DNA of 64,000 bases from the human T2T-CHM13v2.0 reference genome, Homo sapiens. A model generated the notes under the pieces. That model searched no databases, was not told where the DNA came from, and saw only the letters and a list, made by a program, of their open reading frames with translations. Below are positions 62,685 to 64,000 of the stretch, one piece after another. Location of the stretch: the NCBI RefSeq assembly GCF_009914755.1, contig NC_060926.1. One strand, given 5' to 3'. The stretch's first letter is position 1. Each line of letters begins with the position of its first letter. Both the position numbers and the translations under genes were made by a program.

Positions 62685-63227
62685 AGGTCAAAAGTTTAAT
62701 CAGTCAACACAACTCTAAACTAGCTTTAAAAAAGAATATATTCATCTTACTGAAAAATCCAAATGTAGATCATTACCTGTCATTGCTAGCTCTGGGGCTC
62801 AAAAAATGTGAGCAGAACTTTGGCTGTGACTCCCTCCTTGTGTTTTGGTTCTTCTTTATCATGTGCTGGCTCTATTCTCAGCTGGCTCTGTCTATGTGGT
62901 GGCCTCTGGCAGCTCCAGATTGGTGGTACCAATAGAGTCAGGATTCTCAGTGTAGAGAGTGCTCCTCCTCCTCAACATTTCTACCTGATGCTTCGGATTT
63001 GAGTCTTATTGGCCTGGCTGTGCCATGTGTCCATTCCAAATAAAGGATGAAACGCAGATAAGCAACCACATGCCTATATCGGGAGTGGGATGGGAGCTTT
63101 GAGGGAGCCAAAGTTCAAACCACGTGTACAAAAGTATGGAAGGAATGGTTTCTCCTCATCACTAGGATGTCCTTACCAGAAGAAGGAGAAAGGAGTGCTT
63201 GTCAGCAAAAGCAAAATGTAACTAACA
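62685..63227 (-). mobile_element. Old MLT1 (MLT1K-like) LTR
   Basis: ACTGAAAAATCCA...GGCAGCTCCAG...TTACCAGAAGAAGGAGAAAGGA. Confidence 0.6.
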
Positions 63228-63840
63228 TGAAGATTTTACAGTTGATCATTCATTCAATGATATTTATTGAGTGTCTGGGATTTCAAGGTATCACGATAAA
63301 TAAATGTGGTTATTTACTGTCTTCAGGATGGTCAGTCTTCAAGTAAAAAATGATAGGTTAAGGTATCATATTAATCAACAAGCAACACTTATCTTTGAAT
63401 CCACATTGTTTAATCTCATCTTCAGGGTTACAGGAAATTGTGAAGACTTTGATAAAATCATTATGCATTACAGAGACTGGAAATTTCAGACCTGAAAAAA
63501 TGTATAAATTAAATCATTTTTATTGCATTAGAATGATTGTATTAAAAATGTTTTGAATACTGTGCCAGGGACTATGAAAAAAAGACTGTGACATATTTAT
63601 TAGAGGAGAGTCAATGGGTGAAAACCAACTGTTTTTGTATTACTTGAGTAGAAGGTTGGAAAAGCCGAGACTTCAGAAGATTTTAAAAGGATAAAAGAAA
63701 TGAATTTGACAATCTTGGGTGCAGAAATTATCCATAAAATTATGCTTAACCATAAAAAGGATGGTTAAGGATGATTGTAATCTTCAGGAAGAGAGATGAT
63801 TGTAAGTGAAAAATAACACAGACAAGATACAAGATAAGTA

Positions 63841-64000
63841 GGCCAGGTGCAGTGGCTCACCCCTGTAATCCCAGCACTTTGGGAGGCTGAGGCGGGCAGA
63901 TCACGAGGTCAGGAGATCAAGACCATCGTGGCTAACATGGTGAAACCCCGTCTCTACTAAAAAAATACAAAAAATTAGCCAGGCATGGTGGTGGGCGCCT
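63841..64000 (+). mobile_element. AluY (cut by window edge)
   Basis: GGCCAGGTGCAGTGGCTCAC...GAGATCAAGACCATCGTGGCTAAC. Confidence 0.95.

Overview
This is great-ape (human-like) nuclear DNA from a repeat-dense, most likely intronic or intergenic region. The clade call rests on AluY elements, a full-length SVA and LTR12 LTRs. I recognise no host protein-coding gene, RNA gene or CpG-island promoter. The ORF-track entries are Alu/L1/SVA/LTR read-throughs or chance ORFs; the only real protein homologies are decayed L1 ORF1/ORF2 and ERV-L integrase remnants. The window holds about 33 Alu pieces, several L1/HAL1/L2/MIR fragments, one SVA, two solo LTR12s, many MaLR/ERVL/ERV1 LTRs, an ERV-L pol remnant, and DNA transposons (Zaphod, MER53, MER103, MER47, MADE1). 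Subfamily names come from my recollection of consensus sequences, not from a RepeatMasker run; boundaries of old elements are approximate. I found no convincing new biological system. The most unusual signals are small: (1) a MER53 palindrome carrying a ~65-bp copy of sequence found 2.1 kb downstream, (2) an SVA with a 16-nt putative 3' transduction, (3) a MADE1/miR-548-like hairpin with an expanded loop and concerted arm changes, (4) an old MLT1-like LTR joined to pol-bearing ERV-L sequence, (5) an AP-1 site abutting an exact c-MYC Pu18 G-quadruplex sequence, and (6) several weak plus-strand micro-exon candidates.
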